Shown: positions 1 to 12,432 of the stretch, in pieces
Layout: each line of letters begins with the position of its first letter
Position numbering within the stretch: the first letter of the stretch is position 1
Assembly: GCA_026023565.1 (NCBI GenBank)
Contig: JAPETS010000020.1
Coordinates: 372,001 to 436,000 of the forward strand
Source: Cirrosporium novae-zelandiae
Lineage: Eukaryota
Length of the DNA: 64,000 nucleotides
Direction of reading: 5' to 3'
Program-made: the position numbers and the translations under genes
The notes under the pieces: model-generated
Told to the model about the DNA's origin: nothing
Databases searched by the model: none
The model's input: the letters and a program-made list of their open reading frames with translations, nothing else

Positions 1-24
1 TGCTTTGAGGATTTGCTGTAATGA

Positions 25-697
25 ATGCTTGCCAATACCAAGTGTAGATGCTGCTCTATGCTTACCAAGGCAGAACCGTTACCGGAAACCATTGATAAGC
101 TGAAAGCTAATGCTTCCGAGAGATCCATTAAAAGGTACCCATATGTTTGGTTCAAGTACAAGGAGAAGATCTTACTCGGACTATTGGCGAGTTTAGAGGA
201 GCAAAAAGTACATAACAATAGGGCGCATGCAGGAAGCCAATGCTATATCCATAAGCCATACGGGACCAACTGGCAAAATCTGTGGGGCCAGCCCAGAACC
301 ATCAAATATGACATGTCAAGATATCCATCCTTAGAGATAACTCCCGTGCTTCAGCTGGCTCCTCATAAGTTTGACGTTGTTTTGATGCCACCATCCACGC
401 TACTAGTGAGTCTCGGAACATTGCATCTCGACACGACAAGACATTCTTCAAGCCGTCCACATTGCTAGTGAGTCCTGCAATTCTTTGCCAACAACTTGAA
501 TAGGAGCCTAGAATTTTCAAGCAGCTTGTGGGTCTTAAGATGCCCTGGCACCAGAACTTCAGCACGACTTTCGGCGTATCCGAGTCCTTGGTGATTCTAG
601 AGACGTAGACAGTGATATTAGAGGTTTAGGTGTAGCAATCACAGCAGGACACCCCTACGAAGATGCACTAGCAGCAAGATACTCTCAACAGGACTAG
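25..697 (+). pseudogene. Possible degenerate remnant of a fungal STAND N-terminal (SesA/HeLo-like) protein with C-terminal amyloid-like motif
   Basis: ORF 25..468 has a helical stretch (ETIDKLKANASERSIKRYPYVWFKYKEKILLGLLASLEEQK) reminiscent of fungal NACHT N-terminal domains. A different frame at 560-697 reads QHDFRRIRVLGDSRDVDSDI...GHPYEDALAARYSQQD**. Frames are broken and the 5' part may lie outside the window. Confidence 0.25.
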
Positions 698-1678
698 TAG
701 TGTCGATACTAATTTTGTTCTCAAGCTCATCTAGGAAGGATCATAAAAGGACGATCATGTGCAGTTCCCCGTGTGAAGAATAACATTGTGTCAGATGAAA
801 TATTCCCTAGCACAGGTGGTGCATTGGGGTTGGGGGATTTCATGCAGAATATAATAGTTTCAAGTACCTTTGGTCGATACTTGACATGATGACTGCCTTA
901 TTTCCTATTGAAAGATTCATAGGATTAAAACTAACCTTGGGGAGTATTTCACCTGACACCATAATACATGTGTTAATGATACTTGGTATAGTAACCCCTA
1001 TGAAATATGAGATAGCTTTGTTTCGAATGGTCGCGATTGCTACTTACCCAACTGTAATTCAGTTTTGGATGGGGTTCAGATGCGGGTGCCAGACAACGGA
1101 ATTGAGATATCCCGTGTACAAAAATTAAAAGGCAGGAGTAGATCTATGCCTTTCTGATGTCCGAGGGACGTCTGGATCCTCGGAAGTTCTCTGAGCACAG
1201 GTTCTGGGCACGATTTGGGAACCATGATGCAGTCCCTAGTCAAAATTTCGAACCTCTGAGTGAGGCCCTAGAACTTTGCGGGGGCATAAATCCAATTCTA
1301 TCCCTCGTAAAAGAAGTCTGCAGCCTGCCTTCCACCTGTGACTGTGGATATATTTCCTGGTTCACAGGAATTATGCAATGCATACTTCTCTGTACATGAT
1401 TGGATGGAACCGTGGCGCCATGCATTTCGGCAACAAGAACGAGAGAGCCATGCATTGGTTGTGACCCGGGAATTTCTTTCGATGACTTTGCTTATTCCGG
1501 GCGCGGACGACGTGAAGTTAACAGCATTGCATTCCAGCCCCAAAGGGATAAATGAAGCTTAGCGATGGGCAAGTATTTCGTCGGCCATCACAATTACGAC
1601 TACATCCATCTTTATTGAAAACTTTAACCTTGCAAAGGGAAACAATAGTCTTTTACTGTTATACAAGACCCTACGGCG

Positions 1679-2990
1679 TCATAAGGTCTTCTTGATATCA
1701 TCGACCAACTTTTCTGCATGTGCGTCTGCTGCAATCACAAGTATCTGACTTCGCCCAGAGATCGAGATGAGAAAACTTACATGTAGCACCCTGTATCTTC
1801 CCTGGTCGATCAAAAGTGAAAGAGTTGGTAGCTATAACTTGAAGACTTGTAAGGCCGAAGACTTAGGCTTCGGAGTCCATGGTGACATACCCGGAGGTCG
1901 ATAATCCCATCACACCCAGTAGGACACGTAAGATGAGAAATTGAGCTTATAAGCCTGAGGTTCACTCATATTCTAGACCGCAAAATCATAGGAACTGACC
2001 AATAGGGATTCTACTTACCTGTTGATGAAGCGTGATGAATTGGATTTAAATGCTCCTGAACCCACTTCAGAATCTGTTCGTCGGTTTGGATGTTGATCCT
2101 AGGAACTACTTCCTCGCCAACCCTGATGTTTATGCTCTCAAATACCTTTCTGGTTCACCTTATAGGTTCTATTGCTACTTTCTGGTCTGTTTCCTCGAGG
2201 AGCTAATTTAGGTTAATGGTGGGAGGATCATCTATACGAGAGGAAATGGCAACATTTCCTCTAGAAAACGATCACATGGAGGAAAATACTTACCGCCGCA
2301 GACATGTTCGAAGAAGAGTTTACCTGTGGAGAGGCTCGCTCGCTCCACATGCTATATTGGATTTCTGGCTAGTCGCTAGAAATTTTTGAGAGTTTGACAA
2401 AAACGAATCAAGAAAAATCAGTATGGAAAGAGGGTGGCAGCTTTTCAAAGGCTAAGAGGTCACCTATGGAGTTTGTGAGTTTTCCTATTTGATTGGTGTA
2501 TATTCCACAGTTGCACGAGATTGAGGCGTCCTTCATGGCGGAATCGGCTGTGATGGAGACGACGTTGGTTATTCTACCAACAGCACAACTGTCCTAATTT
2601 GTGTTAAAGCTCGTTGATACTTCAGAAGACTCGGTATAGTTCCGATCAAGGAGTTCACATCCACATGGTTTGCCCCACACTAGGAAGATCTGAAAGAACT
2701 GAGATACCATATTTTTACACTGTATCCGCGAAGCCAATTCTTGAGAGCATGAGGAACTGAGGGGAATGCAAAGCTCCCGCCGAGAGAATGATATCCTTGG
2801 TTGCAGTAAGAACATATGGCTTTCCTTCCGTGGAAACATTAACTTCTATGGCCTTTTGTTTTGATCAAACAGAATCTTAGTCGCCCTACTTGACTGATAG
2901 GGCTGCAATTTGGAGTTCATGATGTTTGCAATGAGCTCCTGGTCTCAATCTCTCAGTCTCTGTATCAATGGTACTGAGGAGTTGAGTTCA
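1679..2990 (-). pseudogene. GMC (glucose-methanol-choline) oxidoreductase pseudogene, 5'-truncated
   Basis: Manual minus-strand translation gives ATKILFDQNK/AIEVNVSTEGKPYVLTATKDIILSAGALHSPQFLMLSRIG..V*KYGISVLSDLPSVGQ; LAFEKLP..SD*PEIQY; PPTINLN*LLEETDQKVAI; GEEVVPRINIQTDEQILKWVQEHLNPIHHASST; DSEA*VFGLTSLQVI..PGKIQGAT; AHAEKLVDDIKKTL*. These are the GMC_N/GMC_C motifs in order. In-frame stops at about 2715, 2369, 2203, 2155 and 1863, a frameshift near 2850, and no GxGxxG N-terminus found. Confidence 0.85.
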
Positions 2991-3749
2991 TAGCTTGTTT
3001 ATTCATATTTGGGGTAGTGGTTAAGAGGGTCACGAAGAGGGCTCGAGATAGGTGGGAATTGGAAGCGGAAAAGGAAGTAGTCATAACAACAATGAATTAG
3101 GTTAATTATAAGAAACAGATTGTAAAGAGGGGGTTTACTTTTAGATATTGATATGAATGATACCAAGTTACATGAAAGGTTCCCCTCTGTCACTGGCTGG
3201 CTGCTGGTACATCGGCTTCATGACGGTCATGTCCCCGACCTCTACCCAACACAAATGTCATAGCTCCTCTGGCCCAATGTTTTTCCAATAACCTTCCTAA
3301 AGAAGACCAGTAAATAATTCATCAGTAGTGATATGATTCTCATTTATTTAATATCTAAGCTTTTTGATATACTTTCGATAAGCCATCAGTCAAGGACCAA
3401 TTCGTCAGTGTTATGACAGAATCAACAGCAACAACATTAGCAGCCGCTGCACAAATCCCAAGATTTTTTTCCGATAAGACCATGTGGGTCGAATGCGACC
3501 AAATCTTCGAGATTTTCACCAACTACTGACTACTATTCCTACTACGTCCATGACCTAGATATCGTTCCTGCGTCTATCATCCAGCATTTCCGATGGAGCA
3601 AGGAATTGCGATTATCATGGCTACCCACTTTACACAAGCTATATATCCTCGCACCACCCGAGTGGCCCTGGAGCTGCCACTCTCTCCCAACCCCGTTGCT
3701 TATCCCTAGCTTGCTCCCAGCTTCCCCAGTCTCCAGAGTCCAATTCACC

Positions 3750-4982
3750 ATGCATCTCAAACCTCTCTGTCTTTTTGCGCTTTGCGCATTGCCCTCGTGG
3801 GTGGTCGCATCGCCCCTCAAAACTCGATCAGAGAAGAAATATGTCATCATGGACAATGATTGGTCATCTGCAGGCTTCATTCCATTTCTCATGGCTTTGG
3901 ATGCTGGCTATGAAGTTCTGGGATTGACGTCATGTATGTATATCCGCTCCATGGACTTTCTTCAGCTTTCTGACTGATATATTCTTCTTAGGTACCGGAG
4001 GTACCTGGCAGAAACAAATCACCCTGCATGCGCTCGCGACCCTGGAAGTGGGAAACTTGGGCTGTATTCCAGTATATCCAGGTGCTACATGGCCACTGAT
4101 CAACACACCTGAACGTTTTCAAGCCTGGGAGGCTGTTCATGGAATGCTGGAATGGCAGGGGGCATTTGCGCCAGAGAATCTCACCTATGAGGCACTGGGA
4201 AATGACCCTACGAGTGGAAACCCCAACAAAGTTGTCAAGGCAGCTTTCTATGAAGGATTCCCGACCATCAAGGCCAATACTTCAACAAACGCAGCAAATT
4301 TTATGGTAGAGATGGTTAAGAAGTACCCGGGTCAGGTATCCATATGGGCCGCAGGCGCTATGACAAACGTCGCCTTGGCTGTGCGAATGGATCCCGATTT
4401 TGCGTCGTTGGCGAAGGAGCTTGTGATCATGGGTGGATATGTCGATGTCAACCTCCTACAAGCTACCGGTAGTCTGCTTTTGGAAGATCTGAACTCTGAC
4501 ATCAACTTAATAATTGATCCGGAGGCGGCCAAGATCGCTCTGACCGCTGACTTCCCCAACATCACCATTGCTGGGAATGTTGCTAACCAGGTCATGTCTA
4601 CACAATCCTTCTTGGATGAAATCATTGAGGTAAACAACTCATACTCGAATCTGGTTTACAACCATTATGGGACCATATTCCCATTCTGGGATGAGACCGC
4701 TGCCGGTATCATGATTGACAGCTCTATCGTCACCAATCAATCGATCCGTAAGTCAATTCATTGTAATCATTACAAGGGCACCAACTAATATCAGTAGTCT
4801 ATCTTGACGTCGATACCGCCTATGCTAGCCCTAGTTACGGCAATATCCATGTCTACCAAAAGGCTCTGGCACCTCCTCATGTCCGCCCCATCATCTACCC
4901 ATACAGCGTCAATGCAACCGCGCTTAAGAAGATGATCAAGCATGCTGTACAATACCCTAAAAATTGCTCAACCTTGAACTAG
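3750..4982 (+). CDS. Secreted inosine/uridine-preferring nucleoside hydrolase family protein (3 exons)
   Basis: Signal peptide MHLKPLCLFALCALPSWVVA; motifs IMDNDW, IPVYPGA, AAGAMTNVALA, LVIMGG, INLIIDPEAAK, PFWDETAA. Introns at about 3934-3991 and 4748-4797; stop TAG 4980-4982. Confidence 0.88.
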
Positions 4983-6690
4983 TAATGGGAATTATCATAT
5001 CTCGTCCCTATGAAAATTGGGGTGAGTGAAAGAGAACCAGTTGTAAAGTTAGCGATAGATCTAAATACTGTATGACGATATGTTTATGCATTTTGATGAT
5101 AATTAATTCAACCAGTGCCTTTTCGCACTTAGAATTGGAGTGAGCAACTGGACTATAGTATCTTGGTCCGCAATATAATATATTTTTCTGGAAGCGAGTA
5201 ATTATTCCTCCTTGAACATTACACCACACTCCTAGCATTGCTTTCTCATCAAGGGCCGGGAGTAGTAGCTATCTATTCACTATATATTAAAGACCTTCAA
5301 TATTATCTACGAAATTAATACTCACCTTCTCTAGCTCGAGAATGGAGTTGTATCTATCTCCATCTCATCAAATCATTGCTAGTAGACACGGTGATGTCAA
5401 TATTTTTCACGAGTACATGGTCGCTGGGTGTTACATGTCTAACGTAATGACAGGATGGAACCCGCCGGAACTATGATAGCATCAGTTTTTATGTCATATC
5501 AATAACGTGAAGCCGAGGAAAGATTCCCGAGGCCATCAAGGACCACTTGGCATTATTGAGGTTAAGATAACGCTGGCAATATCCAATGGCTCGGTGCTAT
5601 TTTTTTTTGCCCGCTTTGGGTCTAGATCTAGTGCTATCAAACAAACTTGTGAGAAATCTCTTCATATTAACTAAGATTTAATCAAGAAGTGTGTTCTTTT
5701 CACATTTCTTATGAGATTGAGAGTGCGAGATCGAGCAATACTCACATTGGAATTGGAGTGGCGTCAATTGTTCAATCCTTATTTCATCGACTTCTAATCT
5801 TTGCGATGGACATATGATAAAGACAAGACAAGCCGATGGATAATCACTCTCCAGCGACTTGGGTTCCCTATTATTCTTGGAGATTGACTAGCTGACACTT
5901 GATTCGGATAGTGCTTGGACGGTACAGTCAATGCTAGTAGTCAGTGTTATGGTAATCTCCATACTAATAGATGTACATGCACATTATTGCACGCGTCAAT
6001 TATTGACGATACGGGTGGGAAGTTTTCTTTTCTTATGAATGACTGTATAGGACCAATCGTCATCATTCAAGGATAAAGCTGTCTAGAGATAGGCTTATTT
6101 CGCTCACCTATGACTTATGACGTCTGCAGAATATATTTATCAGTCGTGCAGACACTCAACCCGAGTGCTTTACTGGAATTGGAGCTTTGATATGCAATGT
6201 GTCTTAATCTTGCATCAGTTTCTGACCTCGGAGGTCATCCTTCCTGACCCCAACAGAGAGGGCTGCGGTTGGACATGGGCCGAAAGGTTCAAAAGCAGTA
6301 GTATCCTCACAGCTCTACACTTCCCACGCGCCATGAAGAAACTATGATTCTAATTCGCAGCTCTCTTAGTGTTCGGTCTTCTACCCATTGATACCTATGC
6401 TTTCTATCTCGCTCTAATATGTACTTTAATTTCAACTATACCCGTCCATCATATTTTCAGGCCGACCCTCTTTAGTAGGTAATAAATATAAACATTATGC
6501 AATTTAATTCAATTGAGATTTTGTTTGACTCAACCTAGGTCTGTATTTTCACCCCGTTACTCCCTTTTGTGCCAGCCCTTACTCACGTCTAGGATTGAAC
6601 AGCACCTTCACCGGTCCCACTATCGTTTCTTCGTTGCAATGGTCGGAGCAAAAAAGAAATAATATTAGCAAGACCTCTTTAGCATTGGTT

Positions 6691-7617
6691 TCACATTAGC
6701 GCACCACCCGAGACGGAAAATGTCTGTCCCGTCATCCATTGAGATTCTTCGCTCATCAAGAGTGAGATAAAGCCGGCGACATCGTCGGGAAGCCCTGGCC
6801 TGTTCATGGGTGACCACTTCGAAAGCACCGCATCAATTTCTTCAATCGTCATTTTATCGCCGCCGGGCAAGTACTTTGCGGAAGCCTCGGCATACATATC
6901 CGTTTTAATTCCACCTGCAGCAATGCAATTGACTGTGATACCACGACTCCCCAAATCCCATGCAAGGCATCTCACCATACCCTGGACGGCGGCCTTGGAT
7001 GCGGAATAGATGGCATGTTTAGGGAATCCCTTGGCAGTAGTGGTTGTATCAGTAAAGGTCTCTAGACAGCGGAAACCTCAAAGGAATAGAAAGCTAGAGC
7101 AGAGGCCAGACCTTTTGTGCAGAAATTGACGACGTGAGAATCAATCGACCGTTATTAGCCAAGTATTTATTGGCTTCTTGGGCCACAAAATATTGAGCTT
7201 TGACATTGACGGCAAATATCCGATCAATTTCTTCCTCGGTTGTCTCTTCAAGAGAGCCGAAGTGTTCAATTCCTGAATTGCTTATGACAAAATGTATTAC
7301 TCCGAATTCTTTTTGCGCCGCTTCAAAAAGTGCTTTGATTTCGGCTCGTATGGCTACGTTGGCCTTGACAGCAATAGCCCGTACTCCCAAACCACGGATC
7401 CTTTCAACAAGGGTTTCGGCAGTTCCAGCAGAGGAGGCATAATTAATGACAACGCTTGAACCGTGTTCAGCGAGGCGAAGAGCAATAGCAGCGCCGATGC
7501 CTCGACTCGACCCGGTAACTATATACCCTGCTTAACTTGCATGATCAAACAGAATTAAAACCGGTGCTACATACTCAAGGCTACTTTGCTTTTAAACGTT
7601 TGCTCCCTTGTCGACAT
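6691..7617 (-). CDS. Short-chain dehydrogenase/reductase, hydroxynaphthalene/versicolorin-reductase-like (3 exons)
   Basis: ATG 7617 (MSTREQTFKSKVAL), TGSSRGIG Rossmann motif, VVINYASSA, SNSGIEHFG, YSASK catalytic YxxxK, ITVNCIAAGGIKTDMY, WMTGQTFSVSGG. Two GT-AG introns join the ORF-track fragments. Confidence 0.88.
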
Positions 7618-8579
7618 AATAATTCTCGGGTCCGTGTTAGTAATTGTAGAAGAAGGGGTAGCTAGGCTGAGTTCAGTTGAAGCAGTTGAAAAGACGAGAG
7701 AGAGGAAGATGCAACCATCCGAAGGATACTTGATGAATATATAACCTAAAAATTTTGATGGGAGGAGAAACAATCTGCTCGTAATTCCACCACTTACACA
7801 ATATCGGATTATATCAGGGAGACCGAATTCCGTGACTTCTCGGAATAAAGAGGCCGAAGTAGCGAGTGGAGCTAACGATGGCGGCTGAAATAGCGAATAC
7901 CGACCGTTTTTCCACGTCCCGGGCCGATATACCAACTACAGCTTCCGAGGCCTGGGGAAAGTAGAAATATATTCTAATGAATAAATAGATAAGTCGGAGA
8001 CCAATCTACTCCACAGGGGTGTTTTGACCAGATATCTTTGCTCGAAGATAGGGTGGGTATTCCAAGTTTATGTTATTCTGCTCCCCGCGTTTTTAGTGTA
8101 TATAGTCTGTTTCTACTCCCGCCATCCGTCTTCAGTTCTCAAACTTCATTCGTTCCAATCTTTAACTTGAGTCTTCTTGATTTTTTTTCACAGGGAAGAT
8201 TCCTTGATTTCCATTTGTTAGCACTCAGTGCAAGGGCCCCTGGAAACGGGAACTAAATACCTACATCATACTAAGTGCACTGCGCCTTCATGCACAATCC
8301 CCGCACACCATCAAGTATCGAGACCTTCAGACCTCGCAGGCCCTGATCAAATATTTTTATTCCCGGTGCCCACTTTTCTATCCTGCTAGCTTCGGTCTCG
8401 GCATTCATAAATCCGTCCGAATGTGAAGATTGTTTTTGTAGATATATCTTTATCTATTTTCTTTTGACCTCTATTCCTAATTTCTATAACCTTTTCTCTC
8501 TTATTAACCATTCGAAAAATATCTGATATAAAAATTTAACATTACATGTGATCTCGCTCTCTCGGCCGAACATTAGAAT

Positions 8580-10651
8580 ATGGAATCCTCCATCCTCCTC
8601 AAGAATGGCACTATTCTATCACACGCGGGCAACAACATAGATGTGATACCGCTACGAAATACGGATCTCCTAATCACAGGCTCCAAAATCGCCGCCATTG
8701 GACCTAATATCACGTCTCCTAATCTGATATCCACCAAAACTGTTGACTGCACCGACAAAATAATCTCCCCAGGGTTCATAGACACACATCATCATTTATG
8801 GTAAGCAATATATATATATTGAACAAGCATGTGCATACCATCACCCTGCAACCCGTAAGCAACATGCGCATCTAAAATACTTTAATCCACACTTTACTCC
8901 ACTCAACCCAATCCAACCAAACTCAATCGTTAGGACAGGCAAACCCAACTCAAAGGCCGTCACGCTAATGACACGCTTCTCGACTATATGTACACCGGAA
9001 ATATGACCAGCTATGCCTATAAGCCCGAAGATGTCTTTTGGGGCCAGCTGGGAGGGTGTCTCGAGGCCATTGATGCTGGCACGACGACGGTGGTGGATCA
9101 TGCTCATGTGGCTATTTCTAGGGAGCATAGTGAGTTGGATTTTTTTATGTTCTTTTGGGGGGCTTGGGGGTCACGGCTTCTATTTTTCATGTCTACGTAT
9201 GTGTGCTTTAGGGGGTTGAGAGTATGAGGTATGGGTTGAATTAGTTTATCAACTCGGGGGTAAGATAAAATGAAACAGAGAAGAGAAAAGATACAAGAAA
9301 CCCTTCTCCCCCTCCTTTATAAAATAAATAACAATACCCCCACATAAACTAACCCTTAACAGTAACCGCAGCCCTAACTGCCACCAACACCTCCGCCCTC
9401 CGCTGCATATTCTGCCCCTCAACAACCCACCTCATAAAAACATGGACTCGCACCACCTTTGCCCCCGCCACCGGCCCTCCCATACCCGAATGGTTCACCT
9501 CGCAGCTCCAGGAGCTCATGACGTCGCAACCCCAGGGAAAGAACGGAACTGTGCAGATCGGCGCGGGTTTCGATTTGTTTTTCCTGCCGAGGGAGGTGGT
9601 GGTGAGGTTTTTTGAGAGCGTTAGGGGGTGGGGTGCTAAGCTTGTTACGGCGCATGCGGGACGGAGGGGGATTTTTGGTATGTGCGTCTTACGAATTGAG
9701 TTGAGGCTTTTTTGGGGGGGGGGGATTATTGAAAATATTTTCGGATATTTTCTCTTTTTTTTTTTTTTCTTCCTCTTCTCTCCCTCCCGTCCTAAAAACA
9801 AAATTAACTAACTAACCAATTTTTGCTAAAACCACACAGGCCACGACCACACAAACCCAATCCCCATTCTCCAATCCTACAACCTCCTTTCGCCCACAAC
9901 CCTCCTCTCGCACGTCAACAACCCGACCCCCAACGAACTCCACTCCCTTCAAACCACGCACACCCCAATCTCCAGCACCCCCGGCACGGAACTAACCATG
10001 GCCCTCGGAAACCCCATCCCCTTCCACCCGCACCTCCTTTCCCAAACCTCCCTCGGCAGCGACTGCCACAGCGCCCTAACCCCCTCCCCCCTCACGCAAA
10101 TGCGTCTCGCCCTCTCACACGCGCGGGCCCTCCAAACCGATACCCTCCTCCAGCAAGGAAAGTACCCTCGAAGATTTGATGTGGGGGTTGTGGATGCGTT
10201 TAATTTGGCCACGGTGGGGGGCGCGAGGGCTGTGGGGATGGAGGGGGAGATTGGGACGCTGAGGGTGGGGTTTTTGGCAGATTTGGTGATTTTTGATGCA
10301 AGGAGTCCGGCATTGGTGTGTGCAGCTGAGGAGGATCCGGTCGCGGCGGTGGTGATGCATGCGTCTGTTAGGGATGTGGTGGGCGTGGTTGTGGGGGGGA
10401 CGGTTAGAAAGGTGGGGGGGAGCTTGACGGATTGTGTTGTTGATGGTGGTGGTGAGGGGGGGGAGGAGGCGATGGGAGGGGTGGAGGGTGTAGTCCCCGC
10501 GATGGGGACGGTATTATCATGGAACGAGATCGCACGGGAGCTAGTCCTCAGTCGAGAAAGAGTCCAGGAGAGAATTGATGGATTAAGTATGGAGTTGGGC
10601 AGAAAAGGAGTCGTGGAAATGATGCATGTCGATGAGGGAGATTTGGTGTGA
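8580..10651 (+). CDS. Metal-dependent amidohydrolase (MTA/SAH- or guanine-deaminase-like superfamily), multi-exon
   Basis: SPGFIDTHHHLW metal-binding HxH, QTQLKGRHA, GCLEAIDAGTTTVVDHAH, STPGTELTMALG, SLGSDCHS, AFNLATVGGARAVGMEGEIGTLRVGFLADLVIFD. Introns at about 8801-8938, 9131-9362 and 9678-9839. Confidence 0.88.
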
Positions 10652-10739
10652 TGGGAAGTTTATGGTGGTTTTTGGTATGATGCACAAGTAGTTTAGGTTA
10701 TATATTCTAACATCCTAAAACTAGGTATCTAGGAGCGCG

Positions 10740-12398
10740 CGCTCAAATAACGGATAGAAAGGTCCTTTTTATTTTTTCCATATCAGCCCCCCCCTTTACT
10801 ATTATTAATGGTAATAAGAAATTCAATTTTCATTATCAATGGAATTTCCCCCAAAAAAAGAACCACTAATTAGGGTTAAAAAGCTGGTGTGTTATACTTG
10901 TGAGGATATAATATTTTACGTTCGTTTTGGTTTAGGTTAGGTGGGTAGGTAGGTAGGTAGGTAGGAGTGTTGGATTATTTTTGTACAGTACAGTACAGTA
11001 CAGTAACAGAAAAATGGAGAGAGAGAGGAATGGTTTTATATCCTTATCCTTTATCCTCATCCTCACCTTAACGGCATGTAGTTATAAGAATCCCTTAAAC
11101 CCCCCCCCCCCCTTTGTTTAAGTTTTACGGTTATTTTCTTTATTCTTATAGTCTTAAATCCATCTTCATCCCCCCCCTTTCCTCCCTTAAAAAAAAAGTC
11201 ATAACCCCTATTTCCTATTTTCATTATAATAAAAAATCGAATTTAGTCCCCTACTCTTATGATATATATATTACTTGATTTAATCTCCTTTATACTCTAT
11301 ACTCTATACTCTATACGCTCTCTCCATATACAAAAAAAAAAAAAAGACAGGGTTACCCTTCCTTCTTCTTTTCTTCTCTCTTCCTGGTACGGATTGCTGA
11401 ACCAAGGTGTTTTCTTAGACAAGTTGTCGAACCTAACTGGTTACGGTTAGGGGATATGTTTGCATAGTTTGCCTAGTATATATATATATATATTACCCCC
11501 CTCAGCGGGTTAGAACTTGGAAATGACACAACACATTCAAAACCCTTGCACATTTGCATTTGCAGTCCTTAAGCTTATCACTTCCCCTTTTTATGATTCT
11601 CAAGACCCCATTCTTCTTCTTCTTCTTCTCCTTCCTTCTCGTCCTGAAATATAAAAATCCAATCTTCACCCTCAAATTTCAGATCTTCAGTATACACACC
11701 CTTCATTCCCTTTTAAAACCTACCCTTTTTGGGACCTTTTCTTTCTCTTTTTCTTTTTTTTTTCTTATATATATACATATACATATACATATACACCGTT
11801 TCTTCGACAAAAGAAAGGAAATTCTAGGGAATTAGGTAGGTAGGTTGGTAGGTAGGTAGATGGGAGTTATGTGGGAGTTGTGTATTTATTACTATACGCG
11901 ACCCTACGCCCTACACCACAAAGGAAACAAACGGACAACAACTATAGATATAATTATGAGTATAGGTATAGGTAGTTAGTCTATTTATTTCATAAACCCC
12001 AAAATATAACCCAACTACCTTGGTCAGCATTTTGTACAGTACATGTACCTACTTCTTAAACCCAAAACAACATAAAATTCCCTAATTATATATATACACG
12101 CACACACATACACATACACACACATACTCTCTCTCTTCGTAGCGCCTGTTTTCCGTGTTCTATTTATCTATCTACCTACCCCTCCGCCATCCCGATCTCT
12201 ATCCTCTCCATCCTCTAACCCCCTACGAAAACAAAAAACAATCAATGAAATTACACCCTACTTACTTACCTCCTTCTTTACTTGGTCTAGCCTTTGGTTT
12301 CCGGTAGTGGTGATTTCCGGTAGTGGTGGTCTCCGGTAGTGGTGGTCTCCGGTAGTGGTGGTGGTGATGGTGGTGGGGAGGAAGGAACTTGTTATTCA

Positions 12399-12432
<34 letters not shown>

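Noticed and set aside
886..1562. Short ORFs on both strands, including a Cys-rich minus-strand stretch that suggested a retroelement gag finger
   Set aside because: No RT, RNase H, integrase or recombinase motifs found nearby; the fragments could not be assigned to any family.
6691..7617. Assignment of the SDR as the DHN-melanin reductase of a melanin cluster
   Set aside because: The sequence resembles that subfamily, but no PKS, scytalone dehydratase or Cmr1-type regulator is in the window, so no gene symbol is given.
12299..12362. CRISPR-like array
   Set aside because: Repeats are head-to-tail with no unique spacers, the context is eukaryotic and there are no cas genes.
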